The translations under genes were made by a program, and so were the position numbers. The notes under the pieces are model-generated. The model was not told the DNA's origin. It made no database searches and saw only the letters and a program-made list of their open reading frames with translations. Shown here piece by piece: positions 1-13,050 of a DNA stretch of 64,000 nucleotides (the stretch's first letter is position 1; each line of letters opens with the position of its first letter). Location of the stretch: the NCBI RefSeq assembly GCF_044704955.1, contig NC_091999.1:26598001-26662000 (forward strand). The letters run 5' to 3'. The stretch is from Pristiophorus japonicus. Taxonomy: Eukaryota.

Positions 1-19
1 ATGCGGATGGATAATACAG

Positions 20-385
20 TCGTCAATTAGGATACATGGGGACAGATAATACAATGGTCAGTAAGGGTACATTGGGAAGGATAATAAAATGGTGAGTAAG
101 GGTAGATGGTGACTGTTAATATAATTGTGAGTAAGGATACATGTGGACAGATAATACAGAGGTCAGTAAGGATACATGGGGACAGATAATACAGTGGTCA
201 CGAAGGGGACATGGGGCATATAATATATTGGTCAGTAATGGTTCATGGGGACAGATAATACAGTGGTCCGTAAGGGCATATGGGGGCCGATAACATATTG
301 GTCAATAAGGGTACATGGGGACAGATAATACAATGGTCAGTAAGGATACATGTGTGCTGTTAATACAATGGTCAGTAAGGATTCA
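20..385. repeat. ~35-bp minisatellite (GGATACATGGGGACAGATAATACAATGGTCAGTAA-like), ~11 degenerate copies
   Basis: CATGGGGACAGATAATAC core recurs about every 35 nt. Confidence 0.85.
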
Positions 386-449
386 TGGCGACCTATGCCA
401 TGCAGATAGTCACACGCCATGCTATCGTTTATTTTACTCAGAGCATGAA

Positions 450-2523
450 ATGGAGAGACTGGAGGTGAGGAAATGCGATGAAAGGAGCAGAGAGGTGAGG
501 TGGGGAGAAGAGAGAGGACAGGAGGCGGGAGGGGAGTAGGCGAAAGGAGATGAGTGTGGAGGAGAGGAGAGGAGGGGAATAGGAGAGCAGAGGTGAGGGG
601 AGGAGATGAGTGGAGTGGAGAAGACAGCAGAGCAGAGTAGAGGATAGGAGGTGAGAGGAGAGGTTGGAGGAGGAAAGAGAGAAGATGAGCAGGAAGGGGA
701 GAAGGGTTTAGTGGAGGAGAGGATAGAGGAGAGGGGAAGTAGAGAGGAGAGCAGAGCAGAGATGAGTAGAGAAAAGTTGATAAGAGGTAAGGAGAGGACA
801 AGAGAGGAGAAAAGAGGGCAGAGGAGAAGATAGGAGAGGGGAAGAGAGGAGAGGAGGGGAATGGAGATGAGAGTGTAGGGGAGATGGCAGGAGAGGAGAG
901 TGGAATAGAGGTGGGGAGAAGGTAGGGGAGAGAAGAGAGATGAGAGGGGAGAGGAGGAGAGGAGCGGAACGTAGAAGGGAGGAATGGAGTGAAGTGGAGA
1001 GAGGAGAGAGGATGCGAGGGAAGCAGAGTAGAGCAGAGGAGAGGGGAAGGGCGGCGGGAGAGTAGAGGAGAGACCATCAGAGGAGAAGAGAGGAATAGAG
1101 TGGGGAGAGCAGGGGCGAGAAGAGATGAGAAGGGAGGGGAGGAGAGGGGAGAAGAGAGGGGAAGTGGGGAGGAGAATGGAGGGGAGAAGAGCTGTGGAGA
1201 GTCGAGCAACGGAGAGGAGAGTAGAGGAGATGAGAGGAGAGGAGAGAAAAGATGAAAAGGAGAGAGGAGGGTAGTAGATTAGAGGAGAGGAGAGGATGAG
1301 ACATGGGACAAGAGAGGAGAGTAGAAAAGAAGGCAGGAGAGGAAAGAAGAGTGGGTAGTGGAGAGGTGAGTAGAGGTGAATGGAAAAGAGGGGTGGTGAA
1401 GTTAGGGGAGAGGAGAGGAGAGAGAAGACAATGAATGAGAGGAGGAGGTGAAAAGAGGGTAGAGGAAAGGAGAGAAGATGGGAGGAGAGGGTAGGAGGGC
1501 AAGGAGAGGAGTGGAGAAGAGAGGAGTGGAGAGGGTACAGGAGAACAGAGTGAACGTGAGGAGCGGGAAGGAGAAGAGAGGGGAGAACATCAGAGGACAC
1601 AAGTTGAGGAGAGGAGTTAAAATGAAAGGGGAGAAGAGGGGAGACGGAGGGGAGAGGGGAGAGGAGAAGAGGGGAGAATTTAGGGGAGCGGAGTAGAGAT
1701 GATTGGAGTGGAGAAGAGAGTAGAGATAGAAGCGACTTGAAAACAGGGGGGAGGAGAGGATAGGGGAGGAGAGGAGATGATTGGAGATGAGAGAGCAGAG
1801 GAGAGGAGATGAGAGGAGATGAGAGGAGAATGGAGGAGAGGAAAGGGGAGGAGAAATTGGTCGGGGTGAGGGGAGAATGGAATAGAGGCATGGAGAAGGT
1901 AGGCGAGAGGGGAGAAAATGAGGACATAAGAGAGTTGAGGAGAACAGCTGAATGGGGAGGAGAATTGTGGAAAGGCGGGGAGATGGGAGAGGAGAGAGGA
2001 GAGAACGGGAAAACAGGTGAGGAGAGAAGTGGAGAGGAGAGAGGAGCAGATGGGAGAAGGGATGAGCCGAGTGGAGCGGATAGAGGAGGAGAGGGGAGAG
2101 GAGGAGAGAAGATGAAAGGAAAAGGAGGTGAGCAGAGTAGAGAGGAGATGAGAGGAGTGTGGAGGAGAGGGGAGGCGAGAGGCGGAGAGTTGTGGAGAGG
2201 GCAGGAAAAGAGGGACGAGCGGAGAGAGGAGGGTAGAGATGAGCAGGGAGGGGACGAGAGTGTAGGGGAGGAGAGGTGAGAAGAAAGCAGAGCAGGGGAG
2301 AGTAGAGGAATGGAGAGTAGATGTGATGAGAGGAGAGGAGAGGTAATTGGAGTGAAGAAGGGAGGGGATTAGAGGGGAGGACTGGGCAGGGGACAGGAGA
2401 GGGTAGGGGCGAGGATAGGAGAGGAGAATAGAGTAGAGGAGGGAAGAAGGCAGGGGAGAGGAGAGGAGACGAGCATAGGAGAGATGTGAGGAGAGAGGAG
2501 AGGGGAGGGGTGAGGAGGGGAGG
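450..2523. repeat. ~2 kb degenerate (GGAGA)n polypurine low-complexity tract
   Basis: Almost pure A/G on the + strand; the S/P/L- and E/R/G-rich ORFs here are artefacts. Confidence 0.95.
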
Positions 2524-3121
2524 TGTTGGGGTAAAAAGGAGGCTTCTCTCCTTTAACGTGGACTAACTGATGGAGCTAAACGACATCTCGCCCAGCTTCC
2601 CACTGTATAACGACCAAGGAAGTAAACAAACGAAACCTCAGGTTTATTGGTTTTATTACGAGCAATGCACGGGAAGGTTCAATCTTGGAACCTCTGAAAT
2701 AGAAGGGTTTTCAAGCATAATTTATACAGGTGTTGGAGAGGAGCTTTCCTCCTGCAAAATCATCGATAGTTCTATTGCTATTAGCGAAGTTACATTGATT
2801 TATTGACTCTTATCAGATGGGCTCTGAGTGGTACATGCAACAGCCCATCTCTCATCTTTGTTTTGTTCCATTTTGCCCTCTACCCCAGTATATCCGATGT
2901 CTGGTACGGTTGTCCTGGCTTCTTTATCTCTTCTCAGGGACTTGTAAAGAAAACTGCTGATTTTGGCTGCTTAAGTCTTACTAAGGTTAAGCTATAATAT
3001 GCTGCGTATAAGCGTGTTATACCTTTATAAGCAAGTGTTACATACATAGGTAATTGATAAGTTCACAACCTTCAGCATAATTCTGACCCCATATCTACAA
3101 CCTTATTATTTATCCTTTACG
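2524..3121 (-). repeat. ERV-A 3' LTR
   Basis: Starts TGTTGGG on +; homologous to 10218-10815; preceded on - by the polypurine tract. Confidence 0.85.
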
Positions 3122-3131
3122 ATTCCCCCTA
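3122..3131 (-). other. ERV-A polypurine tract (AGGGGGAAT)
   Basis: Purine run abutting the 3' LTR on the - strand. Confidence 0.7.
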
Positions 3132-3399
3132 ATGGCCCTTGGCTATATGCCCAAGATAGGCAATTTCGCAATTAATTCCACATGGGTGAGCTTCCAGGGG
3201 TGACCTTTTACTGGGTAGTGCTACTTCCCGAGCTCCTGGACCTATCTGTTGGTTTGCCCATCAAGGTTGTACTATGTATGTCCTTTCTGCCGGACAGTCT
3301 GATTTCCCTTTGTTCAATGTTTTATCCATAGTACGGACTAGGGCCTGCCTCTTACGTCGGTTGCAGCTTTTTAAAGGATAATACTAGCAAGGTGAGTTC

Positions 3400-5150
3400 C
3401 CTTGCACTACAACCAGTACAATGAGTCCAGCATAGTTCGTGTATAAGTCCTTTCTAGCCAATATTTTCTCGGTGTTAGAATTATGCCCCGCCTGGGGTAT
3501 CCTCTCTTTCTTCTATTTTTCTTCCACTTGGGGTCTTCTCTATTGTACCGAATTCCTGCCCTGCCTGGGGTATCCTCTATGTTGACGAATGGTGTACAAT
3601 TCAGTCCAGTTTGTTTCTCTTTCAGTTGGAGTATTGGTTTTCCTTGTTGTCCGATGGCCTTCGCATAACCTCCTTAGGTAATGTCCATCATTGCCCCGTC
3701 GATCTTTCCTCCTTTAGCTCAGGGGTTGTAATAAACCCATTTATATCTGTCTCGTCAAGTGGAGTAAAGCAGAAGTCAATATCCATAATGGTGCATGACG
3801 TGTTCCTTTCTTCATTTCAGTTGCCGTGATGCTCACACATGAATCTCCATATCCTCGTGAAACAGCGATAATTTTGTAGTCCTGTGTTAGTGGGGGTGAT
3901 GCTCAAGGTGCACCCGTCCACTTGGTTATATCCACAGTCATCTTTGAACATTCGTAGTAGATCTCGAAATAAAGCAACTTTTTACTCCTACATTGTTTGG
4001 TGTAGAGTATCTACGATTGTCACATCATACTGTCATATAGATAATAAAAAATCTATTTAATGTGCGGTTACACAGCAGGCCTTTGAAACCCAAGCATGAC
4101 TGTTTCTCTGCACCTCGCAGGCATGAGTCATGTTTTTTCTAAGGTCCAGTTGGTAAATATATCGAGTATTTTCCAATCCGGCACCTTTCTATTCTGAAGC
4201 TGTTCAATGTTATGTTGTATTCCATTCAGCAACCATACTCCATATCCTATACATAATAGTTCTGTCTGTATGGTTTTACTTAAGTTCGTTTCTGCTCTTT
4301 TCATTTTTAGTTCTGGCGTGGTCTCGCAATGTGTGGGCCACTTTAATAATTCCCTTTCTGCGCCATTACCGAGTTGTGTCTGTAACTTTTCATGATCCTC
4401 ATCCCTTTCCAGCAATCCCTGTAAGGTTTGTGTTTGGGCGTTAACTCGATCATCTATCGTGTCTGGCTCGATAGTGTTCCAACTCCCGCATTGTATCCCA
4501 CCGTGTACCATTTCTAGCATCCCTCTTTTTCCCCTGTCCCGTTTTTTACCTGACCCTCTTTCGACAATAAATTTCATGGCTTTTGATTGAGGGCCTTTAA
4601 GTGCTCGCAGGGTCAGGTTTCTATACAGGCTTATACTGTTTAACCTGCAGGTGTTGGTGTTAGTTATATTGTTTAAATTTACGAATACAGTAATTATTCG
4701 CTGACGTACCCTGAAGTGTATCTTATCCTTGGTCTGCCATAGCAATTTCTCTTTTGCCCCAGTGTTCACAGTTGGACAGGTTTGTGGCGCTAGGGGTGTG
4801 ATGGTCGAGGTCCTGGTAATGCTCACTGTTGCTAAACTAGTGGATGGGGCCGTGTTGGTGGGTCTATCTCTGGAGATATCCCTCCACCACCATTCATAGA
4901 TTTTAGTGAAATCTGCACCCCCTTCCCCGGGTGCAGTATGTTTGACCCTCCTGATTATAAAACACACCGCGGTCTTATTCCCACTAATTATGGTCCCGTA
5001 TTATTGACACATCCCCAATGTTGTTTCGTTTCCTTGTTACGTTGTTTTATGCCCGTTATTTAACTCTACTGTTGTTCCGTCCGTCACCATCAGTGTTTTT
5101 GATGTTTTATTAAACTAATGTCGCCCAAGTCCCTGTAATACAGGCCTTGC
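3400..5150 (-). pseudogene. env: ERV-A env remnant
   Basis: ORF 4128-4967 has a Thr-rich stretch, furin-type site RGKR|GMLEMVHGG, then a heptad-like region; lies between pol and PPT; boundaries approximate. Confidence 0.7.
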
Positions 5151-5229
5151 CATCCCTCAGTCTGTTGTCCCTGATATGAGGCTGCGTTACTCCACGTTAT
5201 TTCCACGAGCTCTTGAGTCCTGCAAAAAG

Positions 5230-7515
5230 CAATATTTTCCAGTCGTCACTGGTTAGTTAGTGACCATGCTTTTTTAACTGGATCCAGTGTTTCCACTTGC
5301 CGATACTCCTTATAAGTACCATAACTTACCATGATTACGTGATAGAGGCCGATCCATTTGGATGCGATCCCGAACCTCTCTGGGGTAATCTCTTGACTGC
5401 CTATTTGGGGTGTTTGGAACTTCTGTTTCTTAGTGTCGTTCTCTAAATCCATCACCAGCATCTGGACATCAAGTTTATCATGTTGGTTCTACCTGTATGC
5501 ACATACCCGTGGTATAAATTTAATAGGCTCCCGTGGATGCATTCCGGGGCCACCACATTCCCATCTTTTCTCCATATCCCGTCGGTCCCTTGTTTGGCCC
5601 TCTCTGCTTCCACTCCTCCTGTTCCTGCGGAGTGGCCTCTCCCTGTACCTCAAGCATATTTACTTCCTCAGGCCCAATTGTACATGCTCCGCCTTGGGCT
5701 TCCCCGGCCAGTGTACCTGCCACTCGCTTGGCTGCTTCATCTGTCCATGCATTCCCCTGTTCATACTGATCATTATTTTTTACGTGTGCTTTGATCTTTA
5801 TTATCGCACACTCCTGGGGTAGGAAGGAGGCTTCCACTAGATGTTTCCCAATCTCTTCATGTTTAATCGGTCCTCCTCCTGAGGTCGTGTATCACCGTCT
5901 GCTCCAGGCTATCATATAATCATGCTCTACTCCGAAAGCATATCGACTGTCTGTATAGATATTTACTCATTTTCCCCTCGCAAGCCTCAGAGCCTCAGTG
6001 AGAACCACTAGTTCAACCACTTGAGCTGATAGATTCTCTACTAACCGTCCTTCCCCTTTGACCTGACCGCTGCTATCTACCACGACCCATCCTGTCTGTG
6101 GTGTCCCATTGATATAGCGCCGAAACTCATCTACATTTCGATCCATGTCTGCCTCCTCAAGCAGGGTTTCACTTGCCTGACTACTTCCCTCATCTTCTGT
6201 TGTGCTACAATGATGCTCCTCTCCCTTTGTAATGATCCACCCTGCAGGCGTCTTTTATTATTGTTACCGTCCCGTTGAGTGGGGCGGGGCGGGGGGTGGG
6301 GGGTGGCGGGAGAGGAGAGGGGAGAACATTATTTACCACCTCGCCATTTGTGCATCGAATACATTTTTAGCCTTCCAGTTTTAAGTAATTCTACTGAGGT
6401 ACGCTGGGTTTGTAGAATAATGCACCCTGACATTATTATTGGTTCGTTAAATCTGATGGCCCAAGCCGCACAGTCGTGGGCAGCAACGCACCTGGACAGT
6501 CCTGCAGCTACAGGTTGCGGTTTATCTGAGTAATATGCCACTGGTCTATGCCTGTCTCCATGTAATTGAATCACCACCGCGTTATAATGATGGTTAATAT
6601 GGTAGGTATAGACGTGAAAGGGCCTATTCTGGTCTGGTAGTCCCAGGGCTGGAGCACTTGTGAGAGTTTGTTTTAACCGCACACATGCAGTTTCTTGATC
6701 TGGACCCCAGTTTACTGGCTCTTAGGAGGGTTCCCATCCTTTGACCTGTTTCTGTATAGGTTAGGTCATCTTGGCATATTCGGGAATAACATTTCTGCAG
6801 TAGTTGAATAGCCCGAGTACCTGCCTGACCCCTTTCACGGTTCCTGATCTGGGGATTGATTGAATTGTTCCTTACTGTCCTCGGGCATCTGTCTCTTCCC
6901 TTACGATATTATGTATCCCAGATATGTTACTTCGCTCCTTCTTTCTCCTGACAATATTCGATGAAAGATGCTCCAGCTGTTATTGAATCCCAGTGGTACC
7001 TTCGCCCATGTGTTTTGTTATCCATTTACCTTGAAGACAAATTTTCCTTGAGACTCTTTGGCTAAGGGAATAGTCCAAGTTCCATTCACTATATCCAGCA
7101 TGGTGAATATCTTATGATCTGGATCCAGGCCATTAAAAATTGTGGCTGGACTTGCCAATATTGGGTGTTCTCCGGAAGTCACCTTATTCAGGGTGGTATA
7201 ATCGATAGTCAATCGGTAAGACCTGTCGGGTTTCTTCATCAGCCACACAGGTGAATTAATGGAGGCTATTACATGTTTCAATATACTTTGCTCCTCTAAT
7301 TCATGCACTATCTAACAGACCGCTTCCTCAGCTTCTGGTGTTAATTGGAACTGTCGGTGAGCTTTGTGTTCGGGTCCAGGAATTTTGATGGGTGATATCT
7401 CTGCTAATCCATAATCTTGTTTGCATTGTGCCCACAGAGTCGGGTATAATTGGCACACGCTAGCCCATACACGCTTTGTTTCCCACTCGGGTTGGATTAT
7501 GGTTGTTCCTACCAC
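5230..7515 (-). pseudogene. pol: ERV-A pol remnant (partial RT, connection, RNase H, integrase ends only)
   Basis: NSPVWLMKKPDRSYRLTIDYTTLNK, LDIVNG.W.IPL, LTSAPALGLPD, PVAYYS, NIYTDSRYAFG, KAH...GNAWTDEAAK; many stops, frameshifts and deletions; YxDD and integrase core not seen. Confidence 0.88.
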
Positions 7516-7619
7516 TCGTTGCTGCTGGTGTCCCGGGTTTTCGAACTTAATTCGGTTTCGTGCTTATCTCCCAAAATTATCCGATTACGCTGAAGAGCTA
7601 TCAGTACCCCTATCTCCCT

Positions 7620-8960
7620 TAATGTATCGCTGCCTTCTGTATGCCTTCTTTATGTTGTCTTCTGTATTCTGACAGCACCAAAACTGAGCAGGTAGCATTA
7701 CCCCTGTACTTCGACAACACCATCTCACTTCGGGTCGCTTTCTGATATCCCCCACTCTCTCCTTGTATGTTGATGGTCCTATGGGTCAGGGGCAAATCTA
7801 AGTTGGTTATTGGGTGTTCTCGGGTTGGGGCTGTGGTGGCAGTGGTACCAGTGGTGCTGGTACCTGTCTGAGCATGTCCATCAGATCTTCCCTGGTTAAT
7901 GGTATTCCCTTCTTTGCCTGTTGTGGTCTCGCCATCCAGCGCCTTCCTCATAACTCCAGCAATCTTTGGCCAAATGTCCAAGTTTACCACAATTTTGACA
8001 TGTCCCTTTAGAATTGCTGTAACGTCTGCTTTTCTGCAGGCAATCCCTACTGAAGTTACCTTCCTGATTGCAGTTTAAACATATCAGTGGAGCTGCGCGG
8101 GAGTCTGTCTCTTCCTCCTTCGTCTCTGCTACTAACGCTGTTGCTGCTATTTTTGCTCATTTATCCCTTGTTCTAACTTTAACCACTCTACATGTTCTGC
8201 CCATTCCAAAGTTTTATCATAATCATCTCCTGTCTTAAATACTCACTTAATTATCTTTTGATGTGCCTTTCCTAGTCCATCCTTAAACATTTTCAAGAAT
8301 GCTGCATCATTTCTGTTGCGGTCATCAGCCCCAGAGTGGTTTTTGTATTCAATCCACTTTCGTTCCCCGTACTCCCCAAACCTTTTCCCTGCCATTTGAG
8401 TCACAGTATTCTACTCCAGTCTTTTGTCAGAGTTCTGTATCTCTACTATTTTGCTTTAGCGGGTGGTAACTTATTCAATAGAATTTGTCTCCTGTGGGCT
8501 GAGGGGCACCTCCTATATGGCAATGTGGGCTGCTCTACATCCGCTGGAGCGAATGGTGGTCGTGCGTATCAGTGCCACTGATAAATAGCCATTATCATGT
8601 GCCGGGGCCACCTCTACTCCAAACTCATTATCCCTGTCTGATTGACTGTTAGGTTGGGGTTGTGGACTGCACTTACCCAACTTGGGGTACATTATCTCTA
8701 TTACCGTAGGTGATGGTGCTGTGGCTGTGCTCTGCACTATCTATCTGGTCCTGTCTTTTTCTCTGCCAGCTTATTTATCTTAGCTTCTAACTCTTGAATT
8801 TGATGTGTTTAAGTATCTATGTGTCCTCTGTAGCAGGTGAGTATTATTACATAGGCTTTCTTCGTTTTGTTTTCATTCTGAATATCCCCACATTTCTTCT
8901 GTCTGTCAGGTGAGTCTTTTTTCTTTTATTAAGAAATCCAAACTAATAATGTCCAGTATA
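7620..8960 (-). pseudogene. gag: ERV-A gag remnant
   Basis: CX2CX4HX4C knuckle CQNCGKLGHLAKDC read at ~7960-8001 on -; upstream of pol; boundaries approximate. Confidence 0.75.
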
Positions 8961-10197
8961 AAATATCTTTCAATGGAAAGGGTTAACTCCACTACAGGTT
9001 TGTAAGAAGGTCTGGCGTCATTACGTGACTTCGGGTATCCATCTGAAAATATTACCCCAAGTCTTTGTGCTTTCAAAGCTTGATAAGAAATTAGGAATCC
9101 GTTAAAATAGCAGAAATTATTGGTAAAGTTGTCAAAATAAAACTTTCTCAGCGGGAAAGGCAGCATTTTAGATTAAACTCCAATTTCTCTACACACCCAA
9201 TTCAAATACGTGCCAACGAGTTTTTCATTGATTTAAAGCGAGACCACACATTTTAATAGCTATTTTGTTTACAGAAATCCAATTTCCACGCAAGCTATAT
9301 ACATTCCAGCATTTTGTTTTTTTATGGTCCCGTTCACTGAGCAAATCTTGTGTTTTATTTTCTCTCGGCACAAAATCTAAACTTCGGTGCCAGTCCATCT
9401 TTTTAAGAATCCTGTAATTCCCAGTTTTTTCTTTCTGTGCTGAGTTCACATAGCTTAGATCGTTTCCCCCTTTTGAATCTGAACTTAATAATTTTTTGAT
9501 GACCTTACTTCAGTCCATAGTTAAACATCTTTGTTTCTCTTCCTCGGCACAAAGTGTTGTCGCGTTTAACTCATAAGTTTTTATATTTCAACCAATATCC
9601 TTTTCACAGCCAATTTAAATCTCGTTTCTTCAAATTAGGTTTTGTATTTTGATGATCTTCCTCCAGTCCATTTTGCTCAACATCTTTGTTTCTCTGCAGC
9701 TTTCAAGGTCAAATTTCTATCTTTTGATAAAAACAGACTGTCCTTTGTAAATTCAATTTGATATCCAACATTTTTCTTTTCTTTTATTAATTTTCCATTT
9801 ATCTCAGCTCGCATTTTATCCCACTGGCCAGTTTTCCTAGGATCCTGGGGTCCCACCCCACGGTTTAGGTTGTATTCCTTCTTGTTTGCACCGCACACGA
9901 TCAATACCAGCTTCACTGTGTGATTACCACGTCATGCTTCAGGACATACACCTTATATTTCCCATAACGATCGCTGGGGTCCACTCCCCATGCGGTTGCA
10001 TTCCTTCTTTCTCAGGCATACACCTATCCCACCCTTGGTTTTCAACCATCTTTGGTTCGTTATAAGTTGTCCTACAGCTGACCCCTTCAAATTCTTCATA
10101 CAAATTAGTTCCTTCCCCGTAAATGCTGCAGCTGCATGTGGTAAAAAACATGCTCACTACCATTTAGCAGTCACGTGATCCAGGTCGGAAGGTCTGC

Positions 10198-10215
10198 ATC
10201 CGGTTCATGACGCCA
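10198..10215 (-). other. ERV-A primer binding site, tRNA-Ser(CGA)-like (TGGCGTCATGAACCGGAT)
   Basis: 2 nt after the LTR end; two mismatches to the recalled tRNA-Ser(CGA) 3' end ATCCTGTTCGTGACGCCA. Confidence 0.75.
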
Positions 10216-10217
10216 AA

Positions 10218-10815
10218 TGTTGGGTTTAAAAAGGAGGCTTCTCTTCTTCCACGTGGACTAACTGATATAGTTCATCGACACCTCACCTTTCTCCCACTGT
10301 ATAACGACCACGGAAGTGAACACACGAAATCCCAGGATCAACTCGCTTTTATTACGAGCAATTACAAGGGAAGGTTCAGTCGTGGAACCTCCGAAATACA
10401 AGAGTTTTCAAGCATAACTTATACAGGTTTTGGAGAGGAGCTGTCCTCCTGCAAAATCATCGATAGGTCTATTGATATCAGCGGAGTTACATTGATTTGT
10501 CGACTCTTATCCGACGGTCTCTGAGTGGTAAATGCAACAGTCCATCTCTCATCATTGTTTTGTTCCATTTTTCCCTCTACCCCAGTCTATCCGACGGTTA
10601 GAGTGGCTGTACTTGCTTATTTATCTCTTCCTCATGGACGTAAAAAAACTGCTGACCGGCTGTTTAAGTATTACAGAGATTACGGATTCAGTTCAATGCG
10701 TTATACATTTGCGCTGTACCTACATAAGCAAGTGTTACCTACGTAGCAATTATAAGTTCAAGACCTTCATCATAATTCTGAGCTCCTATTTGCAACCTTA
10801 TAATTTATCCCTTGA
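10218..10815 (-). repeat. ERV-A 5' LTR
   Basis: Collinear homology to 2524-3121; followed by the PBS on -. Confidence 0.85.
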
Positions 10816-11559
10816 AGGGGTCGATGCAAAGCCTCCATCATTGTTCCCCATGAGTCCTCTAATTGTTTGGTGAGACGTTTATTCTCTCTGCTTAGATCTT
10901 CTTTTTAAATCTCAAGATTTCCTAATTGTTTACATTGCAGCCCCTACGTGAATTGCATTGATACTCTGCTGTTGCATTACTGCAGTAGCTGAGGCAAATT
11001 GACTCTGCAAATTCACAATTTTCTGTTTAATGTCTGAATCTATTTTCTGCAATTCTTCATTCTTAGCCGAATTCTTTTTTCCAGTTCTGATATTTTATCC
11101 CCTAATTCTTTCTTGACCTTTGATTGACGTCCTGCGAAGTACGAAGCTGCACAGGTGACTAGACTCATCGCCTTACCCAGCTTCCATTTCTTAGCTTTAA
11201 TCTGTTCATCAATAAAAGTGACCGTATCCTTAAGGGATACATTCGGATTCTTCCCTAGGCAATCTAGCAACAGTGTCTGCACTTGCGTTTTGTCACATAT
11301 TTTTTCTAACTTTTTCTGATACTCTTCCAAGAGACACTCCTCCGGCATCTGAAAATTAAATATTTTTAAGTAAGCTTCCTTAATGAAGATAACAGTCACT
11401 AGCAGTTGACGTAAATCAACCTTACACAAGATTTGATCTGCCTTGCATCTGCTGGTGACACACAAGAACTTGTTTTCAAATAGACAGAAAAAATTACAAG
11501 AGTTCCCAATTAACTTGATTATTGAGTATATTGCATTTTGTTCAATATCTCTTTGTTTT

Positions 11560-11577
11560 GTTCCTTCGTGGTCGCCA
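11560..11577 (-). other. ERV-B primer binding site, tRNA-Arg-like (TGGCGACCACGAAGGAAC)
   Basis: 2 nt after LTR end ...AACTACA; one mismatch to the recalled tRNA-Arg 3' end GTCCCTTCGTGGTCGCCA. Confidence 0.75.
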
Positions 11578-11579
11578 GA

Positions 11580-12188
11580 TGTAGTTTTTAACCAATGAGC
11601 AGCTTTTTGCCGCTTTGCTAACTATAGCAATTCAGCTATTTCCAGGGTATATACTTAATTCAAACTGGGAGACTCTTGTTCACATCATACCAAATACTTT
11701 TAATACAGGTATAGTGAGTAAAAACAGTGTTTTATCAAGTAAATTACATTCTGTTACAAAAGTAATACTTAACAAATTATAGTCTCAGCCTAATTCTCGA
11801 TAGCGTCCTCTCGAGCTGACCGTGGTGCCGACTCCTTATCTCCTGTTCGCTTGATTCGCACTGCCTTCTGAGTAGAAGAGCTGTTACTTTATACCATTTT
11901 TCTCCCATTCAAAAGCTGTGAAAATTTACAGCTGTTGTAGCCTTACAGTAGATCATATTATCTACTGCCTTTGACTTTCCATGTTATCTCTATCTCCCTC
12001 CCTCTCTGTGGCAGGAATCAGTTCTCTGAGAACAATTATACAGACCATGGTCACACAGAATTCATTACTGAGCTTGGCTTTACAAAAATATGACTAGAAC
12101 TGGTACGCAATGTATACCTTTATGTTATTGATTAATAATTTTGGCCTTGATCTTTCTATTTCTAAATGAAGCTTTATCAGCAGTTACA
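11580..12188 (-). repeat. ERV-B 5' LTR
   Basis: On -: TGTAACTG...AACTACA termini, TATAAAG at 11887-11893, ATTAAA near 11700. Confidence 0.7.
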
Positions 12189-12239
12189 AAAATGGATAAA
12201 ATAATAATGACTCAATTTTAAAATTTTGCTTTGTTCATG

Positions 12240-13050
12240 TTTGTAAATGTATATGTGTGGTTATGTCGAAATGTTTGTTTATGTTGAGGTGTAAGTGTGT
12301 GTGAGTTTTCGTGTAACATTGTGTTCACATGTAAGTGTGTGTGTGTGTGTGTTTTGTGTTAGTTTGTGTTTGGATTTATAGGCATATCCATGCTTGTGTA
12401 AGTGTGTTGAGGTATGTGTTTTCCAATAAGTGTATGGTTATGTCTCAATGTTGTTCATGTTTGGTGAGTGTTTGTGTGTGTGTGTTTTGTGTAAATCTGT
12501 ATTTGATTTGATGCATTTGTTTACGAGTGTGTGTGTGTTTTGTGCAAGTCTGTGTGTGGATTGACGTGTGTATTTACCTGTGTGTAAGTCTGTTTCTGTG
12601 TTTTGTGTAAGTGTGTGTGTGGATTGATGTGTGTGTAAGTGTGTTTTTGCAAGTGTGTGTGTGGGTAGATGTGTGTGTTTATGTGTGTGTAAGTGTGTAT
12701 AAATGTGTTTTGTGTAAGTGTGTGTGCGTGGAATAATGTGTGTGTTTATGTGTGTGTAAGTGTGTGTGTGCTTTGTGTAAATGTGTGTGTAGATTGATGT
12801 ATGTGTTGATATGTTTGTAAATGTGTGTAAGTGTGTTTTTTGTAAGTGTGTGTCTGGATTGATATGTGTGTCTATGCTTGTGTAAGTGCGTATAAGATTC
12901 CGTTGTGTTAGTGTACGTTTCGATTGACGTGTATTATTGTTTTGTTCAAAGTTTCAGAGAGTACCAATAACTGGATTTGACAATGGTGGTTTTCATTAGA
13001 TTCTAGTTATGTATAATATTATGTTTCAGGTTGTTAGTATGTCTTCATAT
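12240..13050. repeat. Degenerate (TG)n-rich low-complexity tract
   Basis: Dense GTGTGT/GTAAGTGT repeats. Confidence 0.9.

Larger units (their letters stand above)
2524..10815 (-). mobile_element. Decayed endogenous retrovirus A (LTR-PBS-gag-pol-env-PPT-LTR)
   Basis: Two homologous ~600-bp LTRs, PBS, PPT, gag zinc knuckle, RT/RNase H motifs, env with furin site. Confidence 0.9.
10816..12188 (-). mobile_element. Truncated endogenous retrovirus B (5' LTR, PBS, gag N-terminus)
   Basis: LTR with TG...CA ends, tRNA-Arg PBS, coiled-coil gag-like ORF starting MPEECLLEEYQ at 11348. Confidence 0.75.

Noticed and set aside
337-2279. Long S/P/L-rich and E/R/G-rich ORFs
   Set aside because: Translation artefacts of the GA low-complexity tract
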